Positions 25,856 through 40,271 of a stretch of 64,000 nucleotides of DNA are shown here, piece by piece. Origin of the DNA: Eledone cirrhosa (lineage: Eukaryota); NCBI GenBank assembly GCA_964016885.1, contig CAXHJY010001195.1, positions 15,751 to 79,750 on the forward strand, in the 5' to 3' direction. Position numbers and translations under genes: made by a program. Each line of letters opens with the position of its first letter. The first letter of the stretch is position 1. Below the pieces are notes generated by a model. That model saw nothing but the letters and a program-made list of their open reading frames with translations, ran no database searches and had not been told where the DNA came from.

Positions 25856-26679
25856 TATATATATAATATTGAGAATAGTGTAGAAAAATAAGCAGAAGAT
25901 AGAGAGCCAGGAAGAGAAAGGGAGGGGAAAGTGAGCAAGGAGAGAAAAAGAGAAGAGCAAGGAGAGTGAGAGGAGAGAAAAAGAGAGGAACAAGGAGAGA
26001 GGGGCAGGGAGAGAGAAAGAGAAGTATAAGGAGAGGGAAAGGTAAGGACAAAGAAGGAGAGAAAGAGAAGAGCAAAGAGAAGGAAAGAGAAGGCCAGGGT
26101 GAGAGGGGAACAAGAAGAGAAAGGAGTAAGGTAGAAAGAAAGAGAAGACCAGGGAGAGATAAGAGCAGGAGGAGAGAAGCACAATGAGAGAGAGGGTCTA
26201 AAAGAGAAAGGGAGAGGGAAGACTAGGGAGAGAGAGATAGGAGTATGGAGAGAGAGAAAGAGAGAGAGAGACTGGATAAAGATGATTCCATACTAGAGAC
26301 TGAAAGATTGAGGGAAACAGGAGTTGAGTTACTAAGAAATAAGGGAAAAATTAGGGGTTGAAATGTGAAAAAAAAAGGGGAATGAGAAATAGAGATAGAG
26401 AAATAGAAAGACAAACAGAGTTAGTGTTGGAAAGATACAAAAATTCCTTGTTTTGCATTTGTTTTCATTTTCCTGTCTGTACTGAAATGGAATGGTCCAT
26501 GCCTGGAGGGTAACACGACACACATGGAATTATGGTGAGACAAACTACACAAGTTATATTAATTCATTTTGCTGCTATTGTGCTGGAACTAACTCTATAA
26601 TGGCTTTGTCAAGTTCCTCAAAAGAGGCACTGACTTGAAACCAAATACACTGGCAAAATGGAATCTTGGGCCAGCAGGC

Positions 26680-27290
26680 ACAGATGTGGCTGTGTGGTAA
26701 ATATGTTTGCTTTACAACCATGTGGGTGCTTTTAAACAGCTCGATCCCACCATGCAGCTGTCTTCAACTATAAACTTTGAACTGAGGAATACCTGCCTTG
26801 TAAGTTAAGTCCCATTTGGTTGACAGAGAATGTGGCGAAGCCCATCACATATGTGTGTCAGTGCATGTGAATTTGTGTATATTTATCATCACATCAACAT
26901 CATAGACAAGTGGAGGTGTGTGGCCTACTGGTAAGTGTGTTGGACTTACGATCATAACATGGGTAGATTACTGGACTGGGTTGTGTGTCATGTTCTTGAG
27001 CAAACCATTTTATTTTACATTGCTTCAGTATACTCAGCTGAAAATGAATACCAGCATTAGCTGGGGGTTTAACTCTGCAATGGATTGGCGTCCTGTCCAG
27101 GGGGGGATTCTCGTACTCTCTGTCATTTAACATCACAGGAACTGGAATAAACACTGGCCTGATGAGTCTCCAGGTTCGCAATTGACTGGTATCCTATCCA
27201 TGGGGAAGTCTTGTGCCCTCAGTCACTGAACACCATGGAAATCTGGATAAACACTGACCTGATGAGCTTCCAGGCTCAAGACAAACTTTA
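26680..27290 (+). mobile_element. Degenerate tRNA-derived SINEs (CORE-like)
   Basis: tgtggctgtgtggtaa head at ~26685. tggcctactggtaagtgtgttggac..gttcttgagcaa..tactcagctg..atggattggcgtcctgtccagggg at 26914-27180; its 3' part is duplicated to ~27290. Confidence 0.65.
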
Positions 27291-28552
27291 GAACACCACA
27301 GCTCAGCAATTTCAAAAGTGAAGATCAATAGAATAAATGCCATGCTTAAAAAAATGTAAGAGTTGTCATCAAGATGGGCATTTACAGTTCTAATGGAAGA
27401 CGATGCTTATAATTTTCCATTGAGTTTCAATATAATCAAGAATTTGGGTGGGTTACAATAAAAACAAAAAAAAATATATAAAATAAAATTTTAAAGATTT
27501 GTTTTGCAATCACATAGTTTGGCATTTGATCACACTGAGTGAAGCCTTGAGCAAGTCTCTTCTACTTCTAGTGTAGTTCTAAAATGACCATTGTCTCGTG
27601 AGGAAAGTCTGGGAGACAGAAAAATATATTTTTTCATCAGAATTTTAAAAAAGTATTTTGTTTATCAGAAATTTCATCTCATTAATATTTTCTTTTTAAT
27701 ATATGTGATATAATTTATAATCACAGAAAATGTAAAATAAAAAAAGAAGAAAAAAAAGAAAGTCATTTTATTTTGCTCCTTTTTCTTCTTCTTCTTCAGC
27801 AAAACTGAATAAATTGAATGAAGTAAGAGTAATCCTTCGTCAACGTTGTTTTTATATGGAATGCTAATAAGACAGTGAGGAAAACTTCTCAGTTATTGTA
27901 CTGTCTAAACAGGTAACAATGAAACACATTCCAAATACTTGGTGTCACACATAATTAAATGCATTTGCGAAGACTGGCAATTACTGAAAGCTACTTTTCC
28001 TTAGCCCCGAGGTCTTTTCACAGTGGATGCTTACATCTCTCCCTTGCTCTAACAGAGAAGAAAAAGAACTGAATTTGAATAGAGAAAAGAAGGCTTGTAT
28101 GAGTCACATGCTCGGCATACTGATTAGCAAGATTTTCATTTTGGTTTTGGTTGTTGCTTGTGCTTGTCTTCCGGTGAATGTTGTGACTTGCAGGCAATGC
28201 CACATCCTATTTGGTGAAGGACCATTTCCTAAGACATTGCAAGAACAAGAGGAGAGCATGAAGAAGAAACCTCACTGCAGAGAACAGTACACATTAAGTA
28301 GAGCCCTAATTGGTGTAAATAGCACAAACACACACACACAAACACACACACACCATGGTCACCTATACATGAAGGTCATTGCTTTCAATGGACCGTTATC
28401 AATTTATACTAATGTGAATAGCTAAATCTATTCCAATGTATTTATTATATCAAAAATATGGCAAATATAGAAATAATATTGGAATGACTTCAATAGGATA
28501 TCAATGAAACAAATAGTGATGTTTTAATTGGTAAAATTATATTATTTTATAA

Positions 28553-28672
28553 TGAGTTCAAATCCCGCCGAGGTTGATTTTGCCTTTCATCCTTACGGGG
28601 TCAATAAAATAAAGTACCAGTAATGCACTGGATAAATGCTGGCCTTGTGCCAAAAGTAGAAACAATTATTTT
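28553..28672 (+). mobile_element. 5'-truncated tRNA-derived SINE
   Basis: B box, core and tail as in the 3966 family. Confidence 0.85.
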
Positions 28673-28724
28673 ATAATGATATAAAACTAACAGGAAATAC
28701 CATTCATGTTAAGAATTAAATGCA

Positions 28725-28978
28725 GGTATGGTATGGTATGGCATGATATTGTATGATGTAGCATGGTATGGCATGATATGGTGTAGTATGGTATGATATG
28801 ATATGATATGACATGGTATGGTATGGTATGATATGATATGGTATGACATGGTATGGTATGGTATGGTGAGGTATGGCATATGACATGACATGGTATAGTA
28901 TAGTATGATATGGTGTGGTATGGTATAGTACGGCATACTATGGTATGGTATATGATATGGCATGGTTTCATATGGCAT
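28725..28978. repeat. (TATGG)n pentanucleotide repeat
   Basis: Read directly from sequence. Confidence 0.92.
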
Positions 28979-29093
28979 TGTGATATATATATATATATAT
29001 ATATGTAGAAGAGATATTTAATTTGTTGGAAATCCAACAAATATAGATGTTTATAACTGATTCAGAGCACTCGACAGATTTTCTGGAGTAAGT

Positions 29094-29185
29094 ATTCAAT
29101 GATATTAAATAAATGGAAACTATATTTATAAAACCATAAATACGGTTTTATAAATATAGTTTCCATTTATTTAATATCATTGAAT
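29094..29185. repeat. Perfect inverted repeat, 42-bp arms, 8-nt loop, abutting (TA)n
   Basis: attcaatgatattaaataaatggaaactatatttataaaacc / ggttttataaatatagtttccatttatttaatatcattgaat. Confidence 0.92.
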
Positions 29186-29255
29186 TATATATATATATAG
29201 ATGTGTGTGTGTGAATATATATATATATATATATACAGAGAAAGAGAGAGAGAGA

Positions 29256-29318
<63 letters not shown>

Positions 29319-29749
29319 TGAAAACCATTGATATTTCAAACTTGGTGAGAATATATATTGTTATATATTGGGATATGAAAGTTAGTAAATTATATTTCCT
29401 ACAATTTATATCTTGTACAAGTTTATCAACTTTCATAACAATTGATTTACATGAACAACCATGCACAAATACACACATGGATATACATACATACACACAC
29501 ACATATGGACATGGCCCACACATACATATATACACTTACATAAACACACAGATACATAAAAGACACGTTCTCTCCACCACACACTAACTTCATAACCAAG
29601 AATATCTAGGATATATATATATACATATATATATATGTATGTATTTATATATATGTTGAAATCTCAATGTTAGTAAGTTATATCTTCTACAACTTATATT
29701 AACTTGTACAAGTTTATCAACTATAATAACAATTGATCAACATCACCAT

Positions 29750-29789
<40 letters not shown>

Positions 29790-30699
29790 TGATACACATA
29801 CACAGGGAAGCACATATCCACATACACACATAAATACACATACACAGGGAAGCACATATACACACAAATACACAAACCGATACACATAGGCATGCACATA
29901 TGAAAACACACACACATAAACACACAAACTGATACACACACAGGCATGCACGTATTCCCATACACACACACAAACACATGCAAACACACACAAACACACA
30001 CATGCATGCACATATATACACATACACACACACATATAAACACACAAACTTATACGCACACAGGTAAGCACATATCCACATACAATCACACACACACATA
30101 CACACACACACACACCGGCACACACATAAACACATTTAAACACACACAAACACACACAGGCATGCACATATGAACACATACACATACACACACACATATA
30201 AACACACAAACTTATACGCACACACATAGACACATGCAAACACACACAAGTGCACCATTCTCACAACAAGTCTGCTGAACGCTGCAACAGTTTGTACCTG
30301 AATTTGAAGGTAATTAATATCAAAGTGGAGCAATTCATTTAAACGATAATTAAAACTGATTGATGGAAGGAAGTGTTGGGAGGTGGGGGGCAGAGATGAT
30401 GATGTCACTGATTAACGATGCCGTGTCATCGATGGTAACAGTGATGGAAACATTGCAGAGATGAGCAGTCAGAGATGAGATATTGCTGTGGGGTGGGGGG
30501 AGAGATAACACTGAGAAGGGGAGGGGGAGGGGGGAAGATGCTGGGGGGGGGGGGGCTGGTTCTTAGGAGGTGAAGGACAGGCAGACAGGCAAGCAGTCAG
30601 ACAGACAGACAGACAGACAGGCAGTCAGTCAGTCAGACAGACAAGCAGGCAGACAGAAAGACAAATAGAGATACAGACAGACAGACAGATAGACAGATA

Positions 30700-31790
30700 G
30701 ATTAATTTATTTACCACAAGGGCGCACAAAATATGGGGCAATACAAGGACATATGGCGGGGATTTTACATACAATCATGTAAAAAAGTAAAGATTTAACA
30801 TTTTAAAAATTTAACAATCGAAATCCCCAATAGTAGGGAGGCGTTACAACTGGGTTGTTTTACACCCCGCAGATAGAACAACCCTCAACTTCAGGAGTGT
30901 GTTGGGCAAGTGTTCCTTTCTTTTCTTCCCTCTCTTCTTCAACCTATAGGTTCATATACAAAGAAGGCCCAATCACTCAGACCATTCTCACCACATTCAC
31001 CCCACCTTTCAGTAAATTTACTGCGATGCAGTACCTCTCTCTCCACTCTCATTCTCCTTCTGAAGTGGTATCAACACAGATACCTTTCTTTTTATTTGCC
31101 ACCAGGGCATTAAAGAGTGGGACAAGTACAATGGGGGAGAGTTTACATAAAAAGGCGTCCTCACTAAGGAGGAGGCAATAACAAAATATAAAAATATAAA
31201 ATATAACAAAAATAAATTGAATAACAAAATCCTCAATAGGGGGTACCCCCCCCCCCCCAAAAAAAAAGTGTGCAACCCTTCTCCTCAGGAGCACAGAGAG
31301 AGGGTGCTCCCTTGATCTTTCATCTTTCTCACCTACAGTCTGAAGTAGAGTGAAGGCCCATTCACACGGGCCATTCTCGCCACTTTCACCCATCTTTCAT
31401 AGAAACGGCTGGGGTGCAGCACCTCCCTCTCCATCCTGATACTTCTTCCGAAATGATATCGTAAGAAACGGACCAGTTGTTGGCCAGAGAGAAAGGTGTC
31501 TGACCTCAGTCCTTTCAGACGCGTCCACCATACAACCTCTTTCGCTATGGCTATTACGCACAGAAACACCGCCTCTTCTTCGTTTTTGAAGAGGGGAGGT
31601 GGCTTGATCGTTACAATAGACTCGGTGGTCAACCAGATCGGTCCCACCCGTGACAGCAGTCGTTCGACATAGCCCCACAGATCGGCAATGCCCGAGCAGT
31701 GTACCAATGCGTGTGCAATGGTTCCCTCGTCGCACCCGCATCTGGGACAGATGGTATCAACACAGTCAGATGGTATCAACACAGTCAGAC
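30700..31790 (-). mobile_element. Two tandem 3' ends of an L1/Tx1-like LINE including the CCHC zinc knuckle
   Basis: 31333-31755 encodes CPRCGCDEGTIAHALVHC..LW..VVWWTR..MEREVL..RWVKVARM. A second, internally deleted copy lies at 30945-31080 and the 3' UTR (tttatttaccacaaggg) at ~30705. Confidence 0.85.
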
Positions 31791-31971
31791 AAGCAGAAAG
31801 ACATAAATGAATAGATTAGCTGAAATAAGCTACAATGGAGGAAGTTCTGTCTTTCACATTATAGGGCAACACATTATTAAAAAAAGTAGCAGTCCACTAC
31901 TGGGGCCAATTCTTCCTCTACAGAAAATATCGGCTGTGTTCAGACCTGGAGAGGGTTGGGCTCTACCAGGT

Positions 31972-32576
31972 TTAACCCTTTAGCATTTACATTACTCTAT
32001 ATATACTATACTAGGGCGGTGGATTGGCAGTATCGGTAGCGGGTCGGACGCCATGCTTTGACGCATAGAGTTATGGCCCTTGCCATTCTGAGTTCAAATC
32101 ACGCCGAGGTTAACTTTGCCTTTCATCCTTACGAGGTCGATAAAATAAAGTACCAGTAATACACTGGATAATTGCTGGCCTTGTGCCAAAAGTAGAAACA
32201 ATTACTCTATATATACTATTGTATTTTTGTGGTAAAGACTTTACCTTACATAATATCTCACATAATATCGAATCTATGAGATTTTGATATTATTTATTTT
32301 GAGAAGATTACCTTAACATCAGTATGAGTGGCCAGTTATGGCCAGTTTGAAGAGAAAGAGGTGAGAAAATTTTGGCTGGATATGGCCGGTTTAACCCTTT
32401 AGCATTTAAACCGGCCATACCGGATAGTATTCTGTCACCTCGTTCTGTTCAAACTGGCCACTCATACTTATGTTAAGGTATTGTTCTCAAAATAAATAAT
32501 ATCAAAATCTCTATGAAAATATAACAGGAAATATAGAGTAATGTAAATGCAAAAGGGTTAAATGCTAAAGGGTTAA
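31972..32576. mobile_element. piggyBac-like MITE (TTAA-CCCTTTAGCATTT TIRs) containing an inverted copy of itself (32391-32561) and a SINE (32011-32200)
   Basis: TTAA at 31972, 32391, 32558 and 32573; TIRs ccctttagcattt / aaatgc(t/a)aaaggg. The SINE is flanked by the 19-bp duplication attactctatatatactat (31991-32009, 32201-32219). Confidence 0.88.
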
Positions 32577-32940
32577 AAGTGCCCTAGACATGCCATATGA
32601 TGGTGCCTCTGTGACTCCACAAGGTGTTTTGGGGTCTTTATCCTCCTTGGGTATCAAAAATATATTTCCCCCCCCCCCCCCTAAGTTTGTCAATCAACTC
32701 CACTCCCATTTAGGGGTCAGTTTGCCTTGTGGTCTCAGCAGACAGAACGGAGAAGACGTTGCCCTGGGCTAGTCACCAACTCTGCAGCAACAGTCATGGG
32801 TAGGGATGTGGTCCAGGGGCCAAAAATGCTGGAAGTCACAACTGCCACAGGTTTGAAAACAAACCTGTCAGAAAGCAACCAATGTTTGAACAGTTTACCT
32901 TCATTGACTTGAGAGAGAGAGACTAGACTGAGGCTATCAG

Positions 32941-33236
32941 TCTGAGACTACACTGGTCAAAGAACCAAATCTTTCTCAAACAATACTGGCTTGAGGGGAT
33001 TGGTTTCTTCTCAGAAGACCTTCTACTGACCAGCTCTCCCTGAGAGAGAGAGAGAGGGTGATGTAATCATCATCATTATTAATTTTAGGTCAATTTCCCA
33101 TGCTGGTAGCTTTTTGACTGATCATATCGATCTGAGACTAGATTGGTCAAAGAACCAAATCTTACTCAAATATTACTGGCTTGAGGGGATTGGGTTCTTC
33201 TCAGAAGACCTTCTGTTGTCCAGCTCTTTCTGAGAG
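32941..33236 (+). repeat. ~105-bp direct repeat x2 (32941-33046, 33132-33236)
   Basis: tctgagacta..ggtcaaagaaccaaatc..ggcttgaggggattgg..agaagaccttct..cagctct. Confidence 0.88.
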
Positions 33237-33262
33237 TTCCCTTCCACTGAACACTGAATGAA

Positions 33263-33297
<35 letters not shown>

Positions 33298-33464
33298 ACT
33301 AACAAACAAATAAATAAAATACCAAATCTTTTTGATGATTTACTCAGAGACTTGAAAGAATGTTTTGTTTGTTTTCAATTAGACAATATCAAATGTAAAA
33401 TTATGAAAAAAATATTACAACAATTAAATCAGAATATGTCATTTATAACTCAACCTCAATGACC

Positions 33465-33660
33465 CTTCTTCTGCTTCTTCATTACCCATCTATTCCAGAG
33501 AGGGTCATGAGGGGAAAGGTGCTCAAACACTCCTTCCGGCAGGTCCTGTCTAAAACAACAGTCTCCAATTGATCCAGCTGGATCTCCAAGCGAGACCAGC
33601 TGAATTTATTAATGTTATCCAACCATCTTGTTCAGGATCTACCTTTCATATGAGATTGCT
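33465..33660 (-). mobile_element. RTE (Rex3/Expander-like) C-terminal remnant
   Basis: Minus strand reads KGRS*TRWLDNINKFSWSRLEIQLDQLETVVLDR..., resembling GRPRTRWxDxI..W.RLGI...LE.V..DR. Confidence 0.6.
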
Positions 33661-33960
33661 TTCATATTCTCTGGCTCATAAAGACAAACATTAACAAAAA
33701 AAAAAAAAAAATAATAAATAGATAAAATATATATAATAATAATAATAAATTATTATTTTATATATTTCCATCATTATCACTATTATGGTCATCATCATAA
33801 TCAACATTATCATTATCAGCGATATCATAATCCTCATTATCATCAACATCATCATCATCACTATCATGATTATCAGCAACTTCGTAATCCTCATTATTAT
33901 CATTATCATCAATGATATCACAATTATCACCATTATCATCATCATCAGTTACATCATAAG

Positions 33961-34020
<60 letters not shown>

Positions 34021-34134
34021 TCCTCCACTTTCTTGTGAATACTATTTCTTTATATACAAACACACCCACACACATATATATATATATACAGACACACATA
34101 TACATACACGCCTATATATATATATATATATAGA

Positions 34135-34491
34135 CGCATGGCTTAGTGGTTAGAGCATTGGGCTTGCAATCGAAAAAAGGTTGTAAGACACTTTATTTCA
34201 CATTGCTCCAGTTTACTCAGCTGTAGAAATGAGATGATAGGGACTGGGGTCCCTATCATTCCACTGCAAAGTGGTCGTGGAGGTGCCACGGCAAAAAAGC
34301 ACCCAGCCCACACTGTAAATGAGGTTGGTGGTAGGAGGGGCATCCAGCTGTAGAAATCAAGCCAAATCAGTTCCTATATGAGCAAGGCATGGTCAGCCGA
34401 CCAGACACTGCCCACAACAGGACAACCCGTCTAACCCATGCTAGCGTGGAAGAACGGACGTAAAACGGTGATGATGATGATGATGATGATG
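34135..34491 (+). mobile_element. CORE-like SINE head fragment joined to an RTE 3' UTR copy
   Basis: tggcttagtggttagagc..ttcacattgctccagtttactcagctg (34135-34235); 34262-34491 matches 648-916 with one internal repeat unit missing. Confidence 0.8.
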
Positions 34492-34988
34492 AAAGATATA
34501 TTTTCTAAAATAAATTGATCTGTTGAAGTATGAAACCAGATGGTAGCCAATTTAATAGTGTGTAATACAATTGTATATATATAATTCATTACAATCATCA
34601 GCGTCATCATTTATTGGTATCACAATCACCATCACGGCTATCACTGCTATTGCCGTCATCACTTCAGTAATATCTAAATCTTAATGATTTCACTTGTTTT
34701 CAGATTTTACAATGCAAAACTAAAAATAACAAGAACAACAATGATAAAAATAATAATAATGCCACTCAATAAATAAATACAACCTCAAAAGCCTGAACCA
34801 ACTTACAATATCAAAGTAAGAAAAGAAAAATGAAGGACCAAGCCCCTCCCCCACACCTCTCACCCCAGCCCCTTAGACACTGAAAAAATATATATATATT
34901 TATACACATATATACTCACATATATATATATACATATACACATATATACATATACACATATATATATACATATACACATATATATATG

Positions 34989-35042
<54 letters not shown>

Positions 35043-35539
35043 CAAACACATATATATATACATATACATATACACACAGATATATATATATACACACACA
35101 CACACATATATATATATACACACACACACACATATATATATATACACACACACACATATATATATATATAAAAGAACAGTGGAATGTCTTATCTAAAAGT
35201 AAGAGTTACTTATATCTTGAATGGCCACAATATAAATATATTGTTTACATGTCTCTTCACCACTGCCCCCTTCACACTCACCACCACACCTCCACCTGCT
35301 CCCTTGTCTTACTTTCCTATCTTCTTACCTAACCCCTTCACACAAATTCCTTCTTTCTTTCCTTCTTAGCTATCACACTCACATCACCTTGATTTTTCCC
35401 TTCTTTATTATGTCTTTCCAACTCCCTCTCCTTCCCCCTATCCTATATCTTTAATATAAATGCCAGTAGTTTCTTTTTATATACATATATATATGTATGT
35501 GTATATATACATATATATATATGTTTATATATATATATG

Positions 35540-35576
<37 letters not shown>

Positions 35577-35694
35577 ATATATATATATATATATGTGTGT
35601 ATATACATATATATATATGTGTATATACATATATATATGTGTGTATATACATATATATATGTGTATATATATATATGTGTATATATATATATAT

Positions 35695-35778
<84 letters not shown>

Positions 35779-35827
35779 GTAGGTATGTATATATATATAT
35801 ATTATGTATGTATATAAATATATACAT

Positions 35828-35862
<35 letters not shown>

Positions 35863-35877
35863 ATATATGTAGGTATA

Positions 35878-35946
<69 letters not shown>

Positions 35947-36064
35947 AATATATATATAGATATATATATTTATTTACTTAACATTTATTTATTCCCAACA
36001 ATCCCTTTCTTAAACGCAATCACACATATTTGCATATACATTCATATATATATATATATATATA

Positions 36065-36122
<58 letters not shown>

Positions 36123-36158
36123 CATGGTGCTCACTCATGGCACAGGCTGACATTGGTA

Positions 36159-36193
<35 letters not shown>

Positions 36194-36275
36194 GAATGGA
36201 AAAATCGAACTAAAAATATTGAAGAGACACACATATATACATATATGTATCTATGTGTGTGTATGTATATATGTA

Positions 36276-36369
<94 letters not shown>

Positions 36370-36645
36370 TATATATATATATATAAGAAAGGGAAAAAAT
36401 AAAATTAATTGAAGAAAAGAAATGACATTTTACAGAAAAACAAAAGAAAATGGTAAAATTTATGAACAAAAAATATATAAATACTTTCTTTAGAGAATGT
36501 CTTTTGATGTGTGTATATATATACATATATATATATACAAATATATGTATATATATACACATATATGTATATATATATATATATATATATAGATATATAT
36601 ATATATATACACATATATGTATATATATATATATATATATACACA

Positions 36646-36711
<66 letters not shown>

Positions 36712-37954
36712 TAAATATATCTTCCTTTATTCACACTTACCAACTGAACTGAAATCTTTTATCTCATTTCAGAATTTCTCAATTATCATTATTAATTACC
36801 CCCACCCTCACCTCTCACACACACATATACACACTCTACCAACACACATATACACCAATGCACTCACCTCATACACATACACACACACCAACACATACAT
36901 CAATGCATACATCTCATTCACAAACACACACACACATATACCAATGCACACATCTCATAAACAAGATAACACACACACACACACACACCAATGCATACAC
37001 ATACATCAAGGCACACACCTCATTCACACACACACACATATGCCAACACACACACATGTCTTCATTTTTCATTTTTTTTCCTCAGTTCTCATTTATTAAC
37101 TGTAAAACTAACAAAGAAGAAGAAGAACAACAACAACAACAACAACAGCAGAGCTGGGCTGGTGGCATTTGGTGGGTGGGGGTGACAGAGAAAAGAAAGA
37201 AAAAAAGAAAGAAAAAAAGAAAGAAAAAAAGAAAGAAAAGGGCAATGAGATTAAAACAGTGGCGACATTTATACACTTATTGTTGTTGTTGCTATTATTG
37301 TTATTATTGTTGCTGTTGTTGTTACTGTTATTATTGTTATTATTGTTGTTATTGTTAATATTACTATCAGTATTATTGTTATTGTTATTATTATTATTAT
37401 TATTATTACTGCTATGTTTTAGTTACCTTTTGTCCTGACATCATCATCATCATCATCTTCAGTAGAAGTCATTATCATTATCGTTATAATTAATATTAAT
37501 TATGGATGTGGTTGCTGTTAATATTACTAACATCATCCCCACCATCCCCCAGCACCACCATCATCCCCACCACCATCATCCCCACCATCCCCCACCACCA
37601 CCATCATCCCCACCCCCATCGTTATTATCCTTATTGGTATAATAAAAAAAATATGAAAATGAAAAACAGAAGAAAAAAATTTTTTTTTTTGAAAATATTT
37701 CCTCAAATCTACATTTCATTGTTGTTCTGTTGTATTTCATTATGTCACCCCTCCCCCACACATCCACCCATCCCCACCCCCACCAAACCTCTACCCCACC
37801 CTCACCTCCACCCCACCCACCCTACTATTCTACAAATTTTATTTCCTTCCATCTTCTAAAGTGATTATTTTTTACTTTGGGTTAATTTGAAGAAGAACAA
37901 TAGCAGCAGCAGCAGCAGCAGCTACAATGAAATTTACATTATTATTATTATTAT

Positions 37955-38540
37955 TAGTGGATTGGCAGTATCGGTAGAGGGTCGGACGCCATGCTTTGAT
38001 GCATAGAGTTACGGCCCTTGCCATTCTGAGTTCAAATCCCGCCGAGGTTAACTTTGCCTTTCATCCTTAAGGGGTCGATAAAATAAAGTACCAGTGATGA
38101 ACTGGGTTGATTTAATTGGCTTTACCCTCCACTAAAATTGTTCGCCTTGGGCCTGTAGTAGAAATCATTAATAATGATAATAATGGTTTCTTATATAGGC
38201 ACAAGGCCAACATTTTTGGGGTAGGGTAAAGTTGATTAAATCAACCCCAGTGCAATACTGGTACTTCATTTTATCAACCCCGTAAGGTTAAAAGACAAAG
38301 CTAACCTCAGCGAGATTTGAACTCAGAATGTAAAGGGCCATAACTCTATGTTGCAAGGCAGGTTGTCTGATGCTCTACTGATTCTGCCAATCCATAATTT
38401 TTTCTATTTTTTTGTTTCTGATTTAGGCACATGGCCAATAATATTTTGAGGAGGGGGCCAATCAAATAAATCGACCCAAGTGCATTACTGGTACTTTATT
38501 TTATCAATCATGTAAGGATGAAAGGCAAAGCTGACCTCAT
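37955..38540. mobile_element. Tail-to-tail SINE pair (37955-38170 +, 38175-38395 -) plus a further minus-strand fragment
   Basis: A/B boxes and the gataaaataaagtaccag core occur in opposite orientations. Confidence 0.88.
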
Positions 38541-40189
38541 ATAATAACATAAATTATAAAAATTTAGCAAAAAAGATTTTAAATAAAAATAAACCTTTCA
38601 TCAAGCCCAATACATCACCACACTCGACCATGGTGTTATGACCCATACTATATAACACATAATACTACACCACTCACTGTCTAACTCCACCACTTGTTTG
38701 CTTGTCTCTTTTTTTCCCCTCTCACTGCTAAACATGATTCATTGTCACCCTCATCTAAGATCTCTATATCCTAATCCCTCACCGTTACTGCTGTTTCTTT
38801 CTCTCACCCCCACCCACCCCCTTCTACCTCTACCCAGCTTTATATCCCAATACCCACAATTGCTGCAGTTGCTGCTTCTGCTGTTGTTGTTGCTGTTTCT
38901 GCTGCTGTTCCATTCTCTCACATCTTTCTCTACTTCTACCCAGCTTTATATCCAAATACCCACAATTGTTGTTGTTGTTGATGCTGCTGCTGCTGCTGTT
39001 TCTTTCTCTCACCCCCGCCTCTAGACAGCTTTGTATCCCAATACCCCACGACGGCTGCTGCTGCTGCACCTACTGTTGCTCCTGCTGTTACTGCTGCTGC
39101 TGTTGTTCCATTCTCTCACAACACCCACACTTCCTCTACCCACCATTATCATATTGTCATTGCTTTCAATTCTATTGTCCACTTTCATAATTATTTCCGC
39201 TTTTCCTCTCATTTCATTCAATTGTTTTTATTTGCTGTTTTACTTCATTCTTCACACCCCCTCTACCCCCTCTCTCTCTCTTTCCCTCCATCGTTTCCCC
39301 CTCCATCCACCCTTATCTATCTGTCAATCTATCTATCTATATTTTCCTTATTCATGCTTATTGCAACCACACTCTCTCTCTCTCTCTCTCGTTCGCCTTT
39401 ATTTTTGCTCAATCCAATGCATCCCTCTTTCTCTCTCCCCCCATCTCTCTCTATATATATATATATCTATGTCACTCTAATTTTTGGTTTTGCCTATTGC
39501 AATCTTTCTTTCTCTCTCTCTCTCACACTGCTTCTCTCCTATCTATGCTCAGTGCAATCTCTCTCTCTCTCTTTCATCTGTTTTTCTCTTCCCTCTCTGG
39601 TCTTGCCCCACCCCCACCCCCTCTCTCTCCAGCAGGTTTTTTCATTCCCAGACCCCCTGCAGATGACAAGTTGATGGAGGAGACAAACTTTGACTGACAT
39701 CTTTTTTTTTCTCTCTTCCACACCCTCTCCACCCCTCTCTCTTCCACACCCTCTCCACCTGTCCCTTCCCCACCATCTCCACTTCTCTCCCTTCCACACC
39801 ATCCACACCTCTCTCCCTTCCCCACCATCTAAACCTCTCTCTTCCACACCCTCTCCCTTCCCCACCATATATACCTCTCTCCCTTCCACACCCTCTCCAC
39901 CTCTCTCCCTTCCACACCCTCTCCACCTTCCCCACCCCTCTCCCTTCCCCACCATCTATACCTCTTTACCAAGACATAAAACAAAACTATATGTAATATA
40001 TAAATAAATAAATAACAAAGCCTCTATTCAAGACATGTCCTTTCTTTCTTTCCTTATCTTCTTATTTATTAATTTATTCATTCATATATTTTTCAAGTTT
40101 AAGGGTTTTCAAACAAAAATAGGAATCCTTGTGAAAAATGGTTCCTGCTAAGCCTGTGAACTATATATATGTATATACATACACACACC

Positions 40190-40237
<48 letters not shown>

Positions 40238-40271
40238 CATACACACACCTATATATATATATATATATATA

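Noticed and set aside
27155-27290. Two ctgatgag motifs
   Set aside because: They are part of a duplicated SINE tail, with no downstream GAAA or stems.
31064-31080. agtggtatcaacacaga resembles the SMART cDNA adapter
   Set aside because: It is explained by the LINE sequence and deletion junction; the match is imperfect and internal.
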